Shown here one piece after another: positions 10,118 to 20,433 of a DNA stretch of 64,000 bases (its first letter is position 1; every line of letters begins with the position of its first letter). Source of the stretch: Azolla caroliniana (Eukaryota; Plantae; Polypodiophyta); contig JBHGNT010000016.1 of the NCBI GenBank assembly GCA_043228905.1, forward strand, positions 11,470,001-11,534,000. The letters run 5' to 3'. A model generated the notes under the pieces. That model made no database searches. It saw only the letters and a program-made list of their open reading frames with translations, and was not told the DNA's origin. The position numbers and the translations under genes are program-made.

Positions 10118-13100
10118 CCGGGTCCTACTGTTCGTCAAGTCGGTGGACAAGCGGGATCGGGATCAAGTCGGCTCCTTGCTGGAAACCGAAGACGGGCTGA
10201 CGACCGACTGGGCTACGGTTAAGAGAGTCTGTGGCCGTTTCGACAATCGGTGAGAATGGGCTGATAATGGGGCGGCCGGTGCGGGCTCTGTCACAGCAAG
10301 GAGGCTTGAACCAGCACCGCAAGGGCGAAGGGCAGAAGCCCGGGAGTGGCTCGAAACCAGGTCGGCTCCGACCGGCATGGTCAATGACTCGTCCGGAGGA
10401 GCAGCGCTGGAGGAGTTGACGCGGGCGATAAAGGATCTCCAGATCGCCCAGACTCGAAGGGAAGGCGGCGAACCGGCTCGTGACCGACGGCCGGTAGCAG
10501 GGAACAGGTGCATGTGGTGCGACGAGGTCGGCCACATTTGGAAGGACTGCGGCGATTTCGCAGAGGCGTTGAGGAACCGGGTGGTGTACCTATGGGAAGG
10601 TCGGGTGCACGCCAGCGATACCAGAAGGGCCCTAAACCGGAACGACAGGCGAGGAGGTATGAAGAGACTAATGGAAGAGGCAGCGGCCCGACACGTGGAG
10701 GCCATCCACTACTCGGCGTCGGCCGGTATTCGGGTCGGGGGCAGCGAGGCCCGAAAGGAGAGCAAAGACGGATTCTGGTCGGCAATGCTGGAAGGCCTCG
10801 CCGGCGCACGGCTGAGGAAAGATGAAGCGGACCGCGCTGAGAGACGGGTCCGGGAAATAACCGGGTGGAGCGACCCGGTCGAGGAGAAGACGGGCTTCGT
10901 AGAAGCCGCCTGCCGAAACTACGAGGCTCTGGTAGAAGACAAACGAGTAGGGAAAGCCAGAGCGGCCGGGCCCTCACAACGATACGAGACCCGATTCGGG
11001 CAACGACGGAACGATGCCGGTGGGTCCAGCGCGTAAGATAACCCAGGAAGGGCGGATACCGACTGGGGGTGGAAATAGAAAGGACCACGGACCTACGAAA
11101 GGTCCTAGAAGAACGGATCCTCGACAGCAAAGTGGAGTTGTCATTGCGGGAGGTGCTGGGGATGGCTAAGAAGGAGTTCCACGACTCCATTGTGGACTTG
11201 GTGAAGCGGAAGAGGCTGTCGACGGAGACGGAACCGGAAAGACCGGTGGAGGTGCGGACGACGCACATCGACGACTTGGCACTGGAAGATGAGTGGGCGG
11301 AGAGCCACTATTCGAGGCCACACTAGGCCCGAGCGACCACGGAGACCCAGGTAAAGATCGGAGATGTTCAGGAACCGGTGGTGGCACTGGTGGACCACGG
11401 TTCGGAAATAAACTTGATGTCCATGGACTTCTATAAGAAGGGAAAGTGGCCGATCAACACCAAGCACGGGTGGAAGATACGGGCGGCGACGCGCGCCACC
11501 GAGGAACTGCACGGGGCCTGCTCGAACGTGCGAGTCAAGATCGGCGACGTCGAGATTGACCAGCACTTCTTCGTACAGGAGACGTCCTCGCACCCAGTCA
11601 TATTAGGGGAACCATACATCACGGCAGCGTGAATGGAGACCAAGGTGCTGGAAACGGTTCGGCCTATGCGAGGGTCAAAAGCCAGGACGGGCGCCATTCG
11701 GTCCAATTTCTGACGGTGCGGCCGAACCACGAGTGAAACCGCGAATCCCTCGGTGGCGAGAACCGGGAGGATTTTTAGAGAGGGCTGCCAAGGCGTGGGG
11801 CCTAGACAGTCCGGACACTCGGAAAAGACCCCACAGCTGTACAATAGAACCGAAACCGAAGAAACTTTGTACGATAGGTAGAAAAATTTTCTTCTCCAAC
11901 AACGGAGGGTGTATGATAGTCGGCATCGTTGGCCGAGAAAAGGCAAGGGCGGAGGAGCGACTTCGAGCGTGCGGAGTTCTCGGCCCGAACGAGGAAATCA
12001 GCGGAGCCGTGGAGGCGGTCTCCTTCGACGACACCTTGGAAATACTGAGGGAGGTAGCCAGAGAAAACCTTAACGAAGACCGGACGATACCGGTATGTTC
12101 CGAAGAGATGTACGAAGTCATCGCGAACTTCAGTCAAGGGCTCGGGTCGATTCGGACGGCCCGGGTTAGCACGAAGTACAAGACGGTGGACCGGAAGGTA
12201 AGGCCAGTCGCGGCACCCTTACCGGAGGGCAGCGAGTCCCGAATCAGAGGGGTTGCGTCGGACCCCAGTTTACGAGATCCGGTCTGCATAGGACACACCT
12301 TCACCGACGGGACGCTCCGGGAGCTCAAAATCGGTGAGGACGAGTTCCTACTGCCGGCGGAGGAAGACCGGTTTCGGAGGATGCTCAGAAGGCATGGGAA
12401 AGCCTTCGCATTCTCACCGGAAGAGATCGAGTGCATAGACTCGACAATCGTGGAGCCGATGGTGATATTCACAGTACCACATGTGCCGTGGAATCTCAAG
12501 CCGATTCCAGTACCGAGAGCTCACATCCCGAAGTTGATGGAGCTATTGAGGCAGAAAGTCGATATGGGCATTCTCGAACCATCGAGTGCCCCATACTCGA
12601 ACCGATGGTTTACCGTACCAAAGAAAAACGGAACATTGCGCTTCATTCAAGACCTGCAGCCGGTCAACAGAGTGACCATTCGGAACGCAGGAATCGGACC
12701 GACCATAGACGAGTTCGCGGAGGCCTTCGCCGGAAGGTCGATTTACTCTGTCGGTGATCTGTACTCGGGGTACGACCAGTTCCAGCTAGTCGTGGAGAGC
12801 AGAGACATTACGACGATGCGAACTCCCCTCGGCCTAGTGCGAATGTGTACCCTGCCACAAGGAGGGACCAACTCGGTGGCCCACATGATGAATGCAATGA
12901 ACAAGGTACTGAGGGATTGCATCCCGGACATCACCATGCCATTTCTAGACGACATCCCGATCAAGGGGTGCCTCGTGGAAGAGAAGGACGAGACACTCGG
13001 GCCGGACGGATGCCAGCGATTCGTGGCAACACACATCGACGACTGCGAGAAGGTGCTACAAAGGCTAGAGGTTGCGAGGCTCACCTTCTCCGGGGAGAAA

Positions 13101-15352
13101 TCGGCCTTCGAGCAATCAGAAATCCTGGTGGTCGGACACCTATGCGGACCATATGGCCGGAAGCCGTCTCCAGCAAAAGTAGAAGCCATCTCCGCGATGA
13201 AGACCGACTGTAGCTCGGTTACGGAAGTTCGGAGGTTCCTGGGGGCGTGCGCATTCTACCACATATGGATCCCGCATTACGCCCACGTTGCGGAGCTGCT
13301 ATACGGGTTGCTGAAGAAAGGGCGAAAATTCGAGTGGCGAGACGAGCACACGGAGTCGGTCCGGAAGCTGCAGGAAGCTCTTGCGGCAGCACCGGCGCTC
13401 CGGAAGGTTGTCTACGAGAAGGGTACCCCGGTATACATAACGGTGGATACGAGTCCGACCGGGATCGGATGGGTCGTCAACCAAGAAGACGAGGACGGCA
13501 TTCGGTTCCCGATCTGATTCGGCGCGAAGGTCCTCAGTGAGCGACAACGAGGGTACGCCCAGGTTAAACGCGAACTCTGGGGTATCGTTTCGGCAGTAAA
13601 GGCCGACAAATACTACGTGATCGGGACAGAAGTGATTATCGAGAAGGATTGCCTCCCAATTCTCGGCATGGTTTCTGGATGCGCGACACCAGACCTGGCG
13701 ATGCTCAAGTGGATAGCATACATCAAGTCCCTGGACCTGGAAATACGACACATTTCCGGAAAGGACAACGCCATGGCCGACATGCTTTCAAGGGCAAGGT
13801 TTGATGACGAGGGCGGCATGGTTTCGGAGGACGAAGAAGTCGGCGTGGACTTCTTCGAGGCAGCGTACGTGACGACCGATGGGACGAGCACTCCGGCGCT
13901 TAACGGCTTCGATGAGAGCAAGTACGACGGTGAGTGGCTCCAGATCGGTGGTTTCTTGAGGACAATGACGCCGGATGCGTCGTGGACGAGGGACGAGGCC
14001 AACCGGATCCGGAAGAAAGCATACCAATTCTTTCTCCGGGACGGATACTTATGGAAGCACCCGAAGAAGAGGAACGGCGTCCCACTCCGGGTGGTGGCGA
14101 TGAAGGAAGAACAGGAGGAGCTGCTGACGGCCTACCACGACAGCCCTTGGGCTGGACACCATGGAACGTGGGCCACGTTCGAGAAGATAAAGGGGAAGTA
14201 CTGGTGGCCGAGACTGTACCGGGACGTGCATCGGTTCGTGACAACTTGCGAGAGCTGTCAGATGCACTCCATAGTCCGACATCGGGATGAGCTTCACCCT
14301 ACGTACCCTCCGACCATCCACTTCAAATGGATGGTAGATCTGGTGACGATGCCGATGGGAGTAGGACAGATGCGGTATCTGGTCCTAGCTCGGGAAGATC
14401 TGACGAACCAGGTGGAAGGCCGAGCCCTTCAGAACAAAACGACTGCGGCCGTATGTCGGTTCCTGATCAAGGACGTGATATGCCGGTACGGGTGCGTCGG
14501 GAAGATCGTGGCTGATCACGGGGAGTTGGACGCCGAAGAGGCCGAGGAGCTGTTCGACCGGCTAGGAGTCAAGCTCTCGCTTACCACTACGTACAATCCA
14601 GAGGCGAATGGGAAGGCGGAGCGCAGAGCGCGAACACGGACCGATCGTCAAGGCGATAGTTCGGGCATGCGGAGGTCAAGTCGGGAACTGGCCGCGGCTG
14701 TTGCCTTACGCGTTGTGGGCGGACCGAACTACGCACAGTTCGGTAACCGGATTCATGCCGGCAGAGCTCATGTTTGGGCAGAAGCCGATCATGCCGATGG
14801 AACGTACGATCTCCTCATGGGCAACCGTGGACTGGAAAGACAAGATGAGCTGGGAGGAACTGTTGGCGGCACGCATACGACAGCTCGAGCGAAGACCGGA
14901 GGACGTGGAGCAGGTTGCGGAAAAGCTTCGGGTGGCAAGGACGAGGAACAAAGCCCGGTTCGACCGAACGCACCGGCTCCGACCAAAGAAGATCGAGGAA
15001 GGCGACTGGGTGCTAGTCTACGACAGCAGCCTCGACAACCAGCACCGAGCGACACGGAAGTTCGCAAGAAGCTGGTTCGGGCCTTACGTGGTACAAAGCG
15101 CCAACGACAACGGGACGTACCATCTGGCGGAGCTCGACGGCACGAGAATGGCAATACCGGTAGCTGGGAAGCGGATCAAATCGTTCAAGAAGCGTCACGA
15201 CGACGAGCCGGATTCGGTTAACCTGGACCACGACGACGAACGATCCGAAACCGAGGAAGAACCGACGGGCGGGGAATGAAGGCTGGACCGGTTTTCTCCG
15301 TCCCAACTCAATTTGGCGCATGCCGGTGGATGCGCGGTTAGGTGGGGGCGGA

Positions 15353-15996
15353 TGTCGTGAAGAAAACCGTCCACAAGCGGAATCGGTGCACCGGAGCGTA
15401 GGAACCGGCTCTTCATGCACGTGCGTCTTATGTAGTTCATAAGAGAGAATTAGGTACATAGAAGATCCTAGGTAGGTAGATTCGGTAGGTAGGAAGTTAA
15501 TGGGAAACGGCTCCTTTCTTGCCTATAAAAGGAGGGAGACGAGGAGGAGTGGGGGGATCGCGGTTAGAGAGGACGAAGTGCTGTCGGGTTGTGGGCCGAA
15601 GGCTTCTCTCTCTTCCATACTCCGTAGCTTCTTTCTGTGTAGGGTTTCAGGAGGCTCGCGCTGCTCTGAGGAATGCCCAACTGCTTCCGGCAGCATCTCC
15701 AACCTACTCCTTTCTTTTTGAGCGTTTACGAACAGGCATTGGCATCTGTTCGCTGGCCTGTTCGGTTGTAACCGACTTCGTGCTTCTTGTTGTTTGTCCT
15801 TGTTAATATATATATACATACATTCGTGTCTCTCTGCGTCGTGTTCCACTCGCATCTTTGTGTCGAAGGGCCATGTCCCTGTGAATCTACGCCCACACGT
15901 AGTGGGTCCCTTCCCTTCTCCTTTGTCTCTTGCTCTTCGGTACAAGACCCCCGAGGCCCTGCCTCATTCCACACATCCGCGAGGAATACCTCGACA
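15353..15996 (+). repeat. 3' LTR of Phygy-like Gypsy
   Basis: Direct repeat of 3441-4084. Confidence 0.95.
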
Positions 15997-16000
15997 ACGG

Positions 16001-17810
16001 TGACCGGATGAGAGGGTCCCTCCAGAAAATGTCTCCATTGCATAAAAGAATCCACTATTGCCAATAGCTCCTTATCATGAATTTCGTAGTTGATTTCAGC
16101 GGCGTCAAACTTGCGTGAGTGAAAAGCCACAGGATGTAGCTTCTCATCATTCCCCTGTTGTGACAGAATGCTCCCCAATGCAAAATCCGATGCGTCAGCT
16201 TTGATAATAAATGGTTTTTCCGGATCGACATGAGCTAGAATTGGAGCCGATGTAAATGCCTTTTTAAGACTCTCGAAAGCCACGTCCGTTTCTTCTAACC
16301 AAATGAACGGTTGTACCTTCCTGGTAAGTTGTGTGAGAGGTAGAATGATCTTTGAGTAATCTTGCATGAACTTCCGGTAAAAATTTGCAAAGCCTAGGAA
16401 GCATTGCACATCTCGCACCGAACGTGGAGTCTGCCATTCTACCACCGTTTTGACCTTAGCTGGGTCCATGGGGATGCCTTCTGACGAAATGATGTAGCCG
16501 AGAAATTCCACTTGGTTGCACCCGAAATTACATTTTTCCAGCTTTGCATACAGACCATGTTCTCGAAGTCGTTTTAGTACTAATAGTACATGAGAATCAT
16601 GTTCTTCTTGGGTCTTTGAATAAACCAGTAGATCATCCAAATAGATGATCAAACAATCATCCAATAGATCTCGGAATATATCATTAGCCATGTGTTGGAA
16701 GACTGCCGGTGCATTAGTGAGGCCGAACGGCATGACCGTATACTCGAAGTGCCCATATCTGGTGCGAAACGTGGTCTTCCATTTGTCTCCTGGTCGGATC
16801 CGTACGAGGTTATATGCTCCCCCCCGTAAGTCGATCTTCGTGAAGAACCTGGCACCATTGATCCGTTCTAAAAGACTTGAGATAAGGGGAAGAGCATACC
16901 TATTCCTGATTGTAACCTTATTCAAGCCACAGTAATCTACAACAAGACGAAGCGATCCATCCTTTTTCTTGACGAAGAAAATGGGCACGCCGGCTGGAGA
17001 TTTCGAATGCCGGATGAAACCATTTTCCAAATTCTCCTCTATATAGGCCCGAAGGACTTCCAGCTCGGTTGGTGACAAATTGTAGATCGGTCCCCATGGT
17101 GGCTCTTTTCCCGGTTGTAAATCGATGGGGCAATCGTACGGTCGATGATGAGGAAGTGTGTTGGCTTGTACTTTATCGAACACATCGGCGTAATGACGAT
17201 ACTTGTCGAGAAGTTGAACGGTGGATCCTTCTTTAGTGGTGCTAGAGGGGTTTATTGATATTGCAAAGAGGAACATTTCCTCCTTGTGCCCTTCTTTACG
17301 CAACTGACATAGCGAAATGGTTGCCATCTTCTGAGTTGACCCTTGGGTTTGTCGACACCGGATTTCTCTTGTTCTCCAATCTATGTTTGGGTTATGTACC
17401 TCGAACCACGGTAATCCTAAAACTATGGGATGTTCTGGGATACTAATAATATTAAATGATACTACACATGCTAAGTTATCTAGGACAATATTAATGGGCT
17501 CTGACTCTTCCATGATATTTCCAGAAGCAATGGGACGTCCATTAATGACTACTACAGAGGCTGGACACTGGAGTTTTCTTAGGGATATCTTATGAGCTTG
17601 AGCAAATTTCTTATCCATAAAGCAAGAGTTAGCTCCGGAATCTAGGAGTGCTAGGACATGTACTGGAGGGGTACTTTTAGTACTAACTATTACTTGGGCT
17701 ACGAACACATCATTAACTTGCTTAGAGGGAATGGAACCACTAATGGGCTGCACAGATCTAGGCTTGTCCAACCAAACGGCTCCTATTTTGGCTGGACTTA
17801 GTCGTTTAAC
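16001..17810 (-). pseudogene. Gypsy B pol 5' part: protease, RT and RNase H
   Basis: ALLDSGANS; FFVKKKDGSLRLVVDY; MPFGLTNAP; YLDDLL; ADASDFALG; NYEIHDKELLAIV. Confidence 0.93.
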
Positions 17811-18949
17811 TCTTCTTCTAACTGACTAAGGACATCAAATCTGTTTGCCAGATCTGGGCTATTAGTACTATTAGGACTATCAGATATCCCTACTGAAATA
17901 GGCTCGGGTTTAGTACAATTAGAACTAGCGACTATTTGGTTTACCTGTCTTCTTGGCCTATGGGGGCAATTTATTGCAATATGTCCTGGTCCACCGCAGT
18001 AAAGACATAGTCGATTTGTATGGCGTCGCTGCTTTTCTTCTTCGGATAATGGCCCTCGACGACGTGTAGTGTCAATCTCCATCGGAGTCGGAGTATTCGC
18101 TGGAGGCGCATTATATGACTCCCTCGGAAAAGGTCTTGCTACCACTGAGGCGTAGGTGGGCTCTGATCTTGCCCTCGGCATCTGTCGTTGTCGTTCCGAA
18201 CGTCGCTCAAAGAGGCGGTTGTCACATCTCACCGCGTGACTGATTACTTCTATTAAGGACTTTGGCTCTTCGGGGAAGGTCAAGAGTAAATCCTTGACGT
18301 CGTTGTGTAAACCATAACGGAATTGCTCCATCAACGCTTGATCATCCCAAGGGATATCAGCGGCGAGTAGGCGAAAATCTGCAGCATATGCGGAGGCTGG
18401 ACGGTCACCTTGGCGTAATCGCTGAATTTTGTTGATTGCGGTCCTGATGTTGTCAGTATCTCCGAAACATGCTTTAAACTCACCTAGAAACTCTTCAAAA
18501 TTGTTGAGTAACGGGGATTCCTTTTCTAATAGTGGAGCAAACCATGCCAACGCTGAGTCACTTAACAAAGTGCCTACTAAACCCACTCGTGATGCATCAG
18601 TGGGATACCGGGAAGGATGCATTTGAATAACTAATCGTACCTGGTTAAGGAACCCTCTAAACTGCGATCGCGTTCCATCGAACTTCGTGGGAAGGCCAAT
18701 CTTGGGTTCTTTATGAATCCCTTGTGTTCCGGGCCCTTGTTGTTACATCGCTACGATGGTTGCTTCGAGTTGTTGCACGTGTAACGCAAGTTCCCCATGC
18801 TGTTGTTGCGTTTGCTGCTTTTCTAAGGAGATTTGCAAAAGATCCCCCAGCAACCGTTGGTTTTCTTGTTCCAAAGCATGGAACTTCTCTTTCAAGCATT
18901 GAAATTCCGAGAAAACAGATTGATATTCTTCAGTGCTAATAGTGGCCAT
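17798..18949 (-). pseudogene. Gypsy B gag (frameshifted)
   Basis: ORFs 18743-18949 and 17798-18622; PTPMEID motif and CLYCGGPGHIAINC zinc knuckle. Confidence 0.9.
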
Positions 18950-19022
18950 GGGATGAAAGAAAAGAGGAATAAGAGATTAGTAGGAAATGAGAGAGACAGA
19001 AGGTAGGGAAATCGGTTCAAAC

Positions 19023-19129
19023 TATCAGGAACAGTACTAAGACAAAGAAGGAATTAGTACTAAAAGAAGTGTTAGTACTAAGAGAGGTGAAGAACTCTCG
19101 AGAGAAGGAAAGAGTGAGTGAGAGGGAGG

Positions 19130-19165
<36 letters not shown>

Positions 19166-19718
19166 AATGATAAGAAAAGATATATATTATGTGAAGAAAA
19201 TGTACAGTAGCTAGGAGGCTTAAGACTGGCGTTGAACCGATTTGGTTCGAAATTTTGCCTTATGCCTCCTTTTATAGTGTTCTAAGTAGGGATCGGCAAC
19301 GGCTCGGCTCAAGCCTAAACCGTTTGGCTTAGCCGGCTTGAAAACGGCTTAGCAGCTCGGCTCGGCTCAGTTTAGGCTTGAACTTGCCTTAACGGTTTGA
19401 GCTCGGCTCGGCTTGGCTTGAGCCTCGCCAAACCGGCTCAAGCCGGCTAAACCGTTTAAGCCGTTGATAGACTTTAGAGAGGGGGAGAGAGACAACAGAC
19501 AAGGGGAAAGAGAGAGAGAGAGAGTAAGGGAGGGAGAACTACATAGACGAGGAGAGAGAGAGAGAGAGGGAGGGAGACAACATATAAGGAGAGAGAGAGA
19601 GAGAGACTACACAAACGAGGAGAGAGAGAGAGAGAGGGAGGGAGACAACATATAAGGAGAGAGAGAGAGAGAGAGAGAGGAACTACATAGAGGGGAGAGA
19701 CAGAGAGACTACACAGAG

Positions 19719-19760
<42 letters not shown>

Positions 19761-19877
19761 ACACAGAGGGGAGAGAGAGAGAGAGAGAGAGGAACTACAT
19801 AGAGGGGAGAGAGAGAGAGACTACATAGAGGGGAGAGAGAGAGAGAGAGAGAGGGAGGGAGAGTCGAGACCATAGAC

Positions 19878-19915
<38 letters not shown>

Positions 19916-20433
19916 CTACATAGAGGGGAGAGAGAGAGGATTTACATAGAGGGGAGAGAGAGGGAGAGGGAGAGAGAGTCGAGACCACAGACGTGAGAGA
20001 GAGTGGGAGGGATCATCTGAGAGAGAGAGGGAGGTAGGGAGAGAGAGAGAGAGAGAGACGGAGGTTTCTAAACCGGTTTACAAGCCGTTTACCAAGCCGG
20101 TTCACAAACCGGTTTAGCCTAAACCGGTTTGTGAACCGGCTCGGCTCGGCTCGGCTCAGGTTTGAGATCCTGTAAACGGTTTAGGCTTAGCCGGTTTGGC
20201 TTGGATCAGGCCAAACCGGTTAAGCCTAAACCGAACCGTTGCCGATCCCTAGTTCTAAGGAATACTCCTGAAGTTTCTAGAATGTTCTAGAGAAATCTGG
20301 AATATACATCAATTTTCTATAATAAAACATAAATGAAAATAATATTTTATGTATTACAATGTATAGTCTAATGGTCAAGAGCTCGACCCATGTAGTATAA
20401 GGTCATGGGTTCGAGTCTTGCCATATCATGACA
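19023..20433 (-). repeat. 5' LTR of Gypsy B, interrupted by a MITE
   Basis: Matches 1233-1666 outside 19287-20259; TATA box TATAAAA on minus strand at 19270-19276. Confidence 0.93.
19287..20251. mobile_element. Non-autonomous hAT-type DNA transposon (MITE), 965 bp
   Basis: Perfect 16-bp TIR TAGGGATCGGCAACGG; 8-bp TSD GTTCTAAG (19279-19286 / 20252-20259); absent from the sister LTR; subterminal GGCTC and AAACCGG repeats around a GA-rich core. Confidence 0.95.

Larger units (their letters stand above)
4128..15279 (+). pseudogene. Phygy-like gag-PR / RT-RH-INT polyprotein, interrupted by Copia 1 and several stops
   Basis: gag from ATG 4128 resumes in frame at 10123 (TSRVLLFVKS); zinc knuckle CMWCDEVGHIWKDC; protease ALVDHGSEIN (~11380); RT YSNRWFTVPKK...LPQG...FLDD; RNase H ITVDTS; integrase H..GHHG...CESC, DLVTM, WFGPY. 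Confidence 0.9.
3441..15996 (+). mobile_element. Non-chromovirus Gypsy (Phygy-like) LTR retrotransposon nested in RNase H of Gypsy B
   Basis: 644-bp LTRs 3441-4084 and 15353-15996 (TG...CA); 4-bp TSD ACGG, whose removal restores the host frame [12 protein letters not shown]; tRNA-Trp PBS; purine-rich tract before the 3' LTR; gag-PR-RT-RH-INT without chromodomain. Lineage name is an inference. Confidence 0.93.
1233..20433 (-). mobile_element. Gypsy B: full-length Tcn1-like chromovirus LTR retrotransposon, degraded, host to nested insertions
   Basis: LTR pair 1233-1666 and 19023-20433; 5-bp TSD ACTGC (1228-1232 / 20434-20438); PPT AAAAGGGGGATAG next to the 3' LTR; domain order gag, PR, RT, RH, INT, chromodomain. 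Confidence 0.95.

Noticed and set aside
5385-15459. Many antisense and alternative-frame ORFs of 60-295 aa over the Copia and Gypsy polyproteins (also 44268-48380)
   Set aside because: Shadow ORFs of GC-rich coding sequence with no recognisable motifs.
19023-19027. Non-canonical TA LTR ends in B, C (23620) and D (29257)
   Set aside because: Explained by C-to-T decay of the terminal CA; partner LTRs of B and D, and element A, retain CA.
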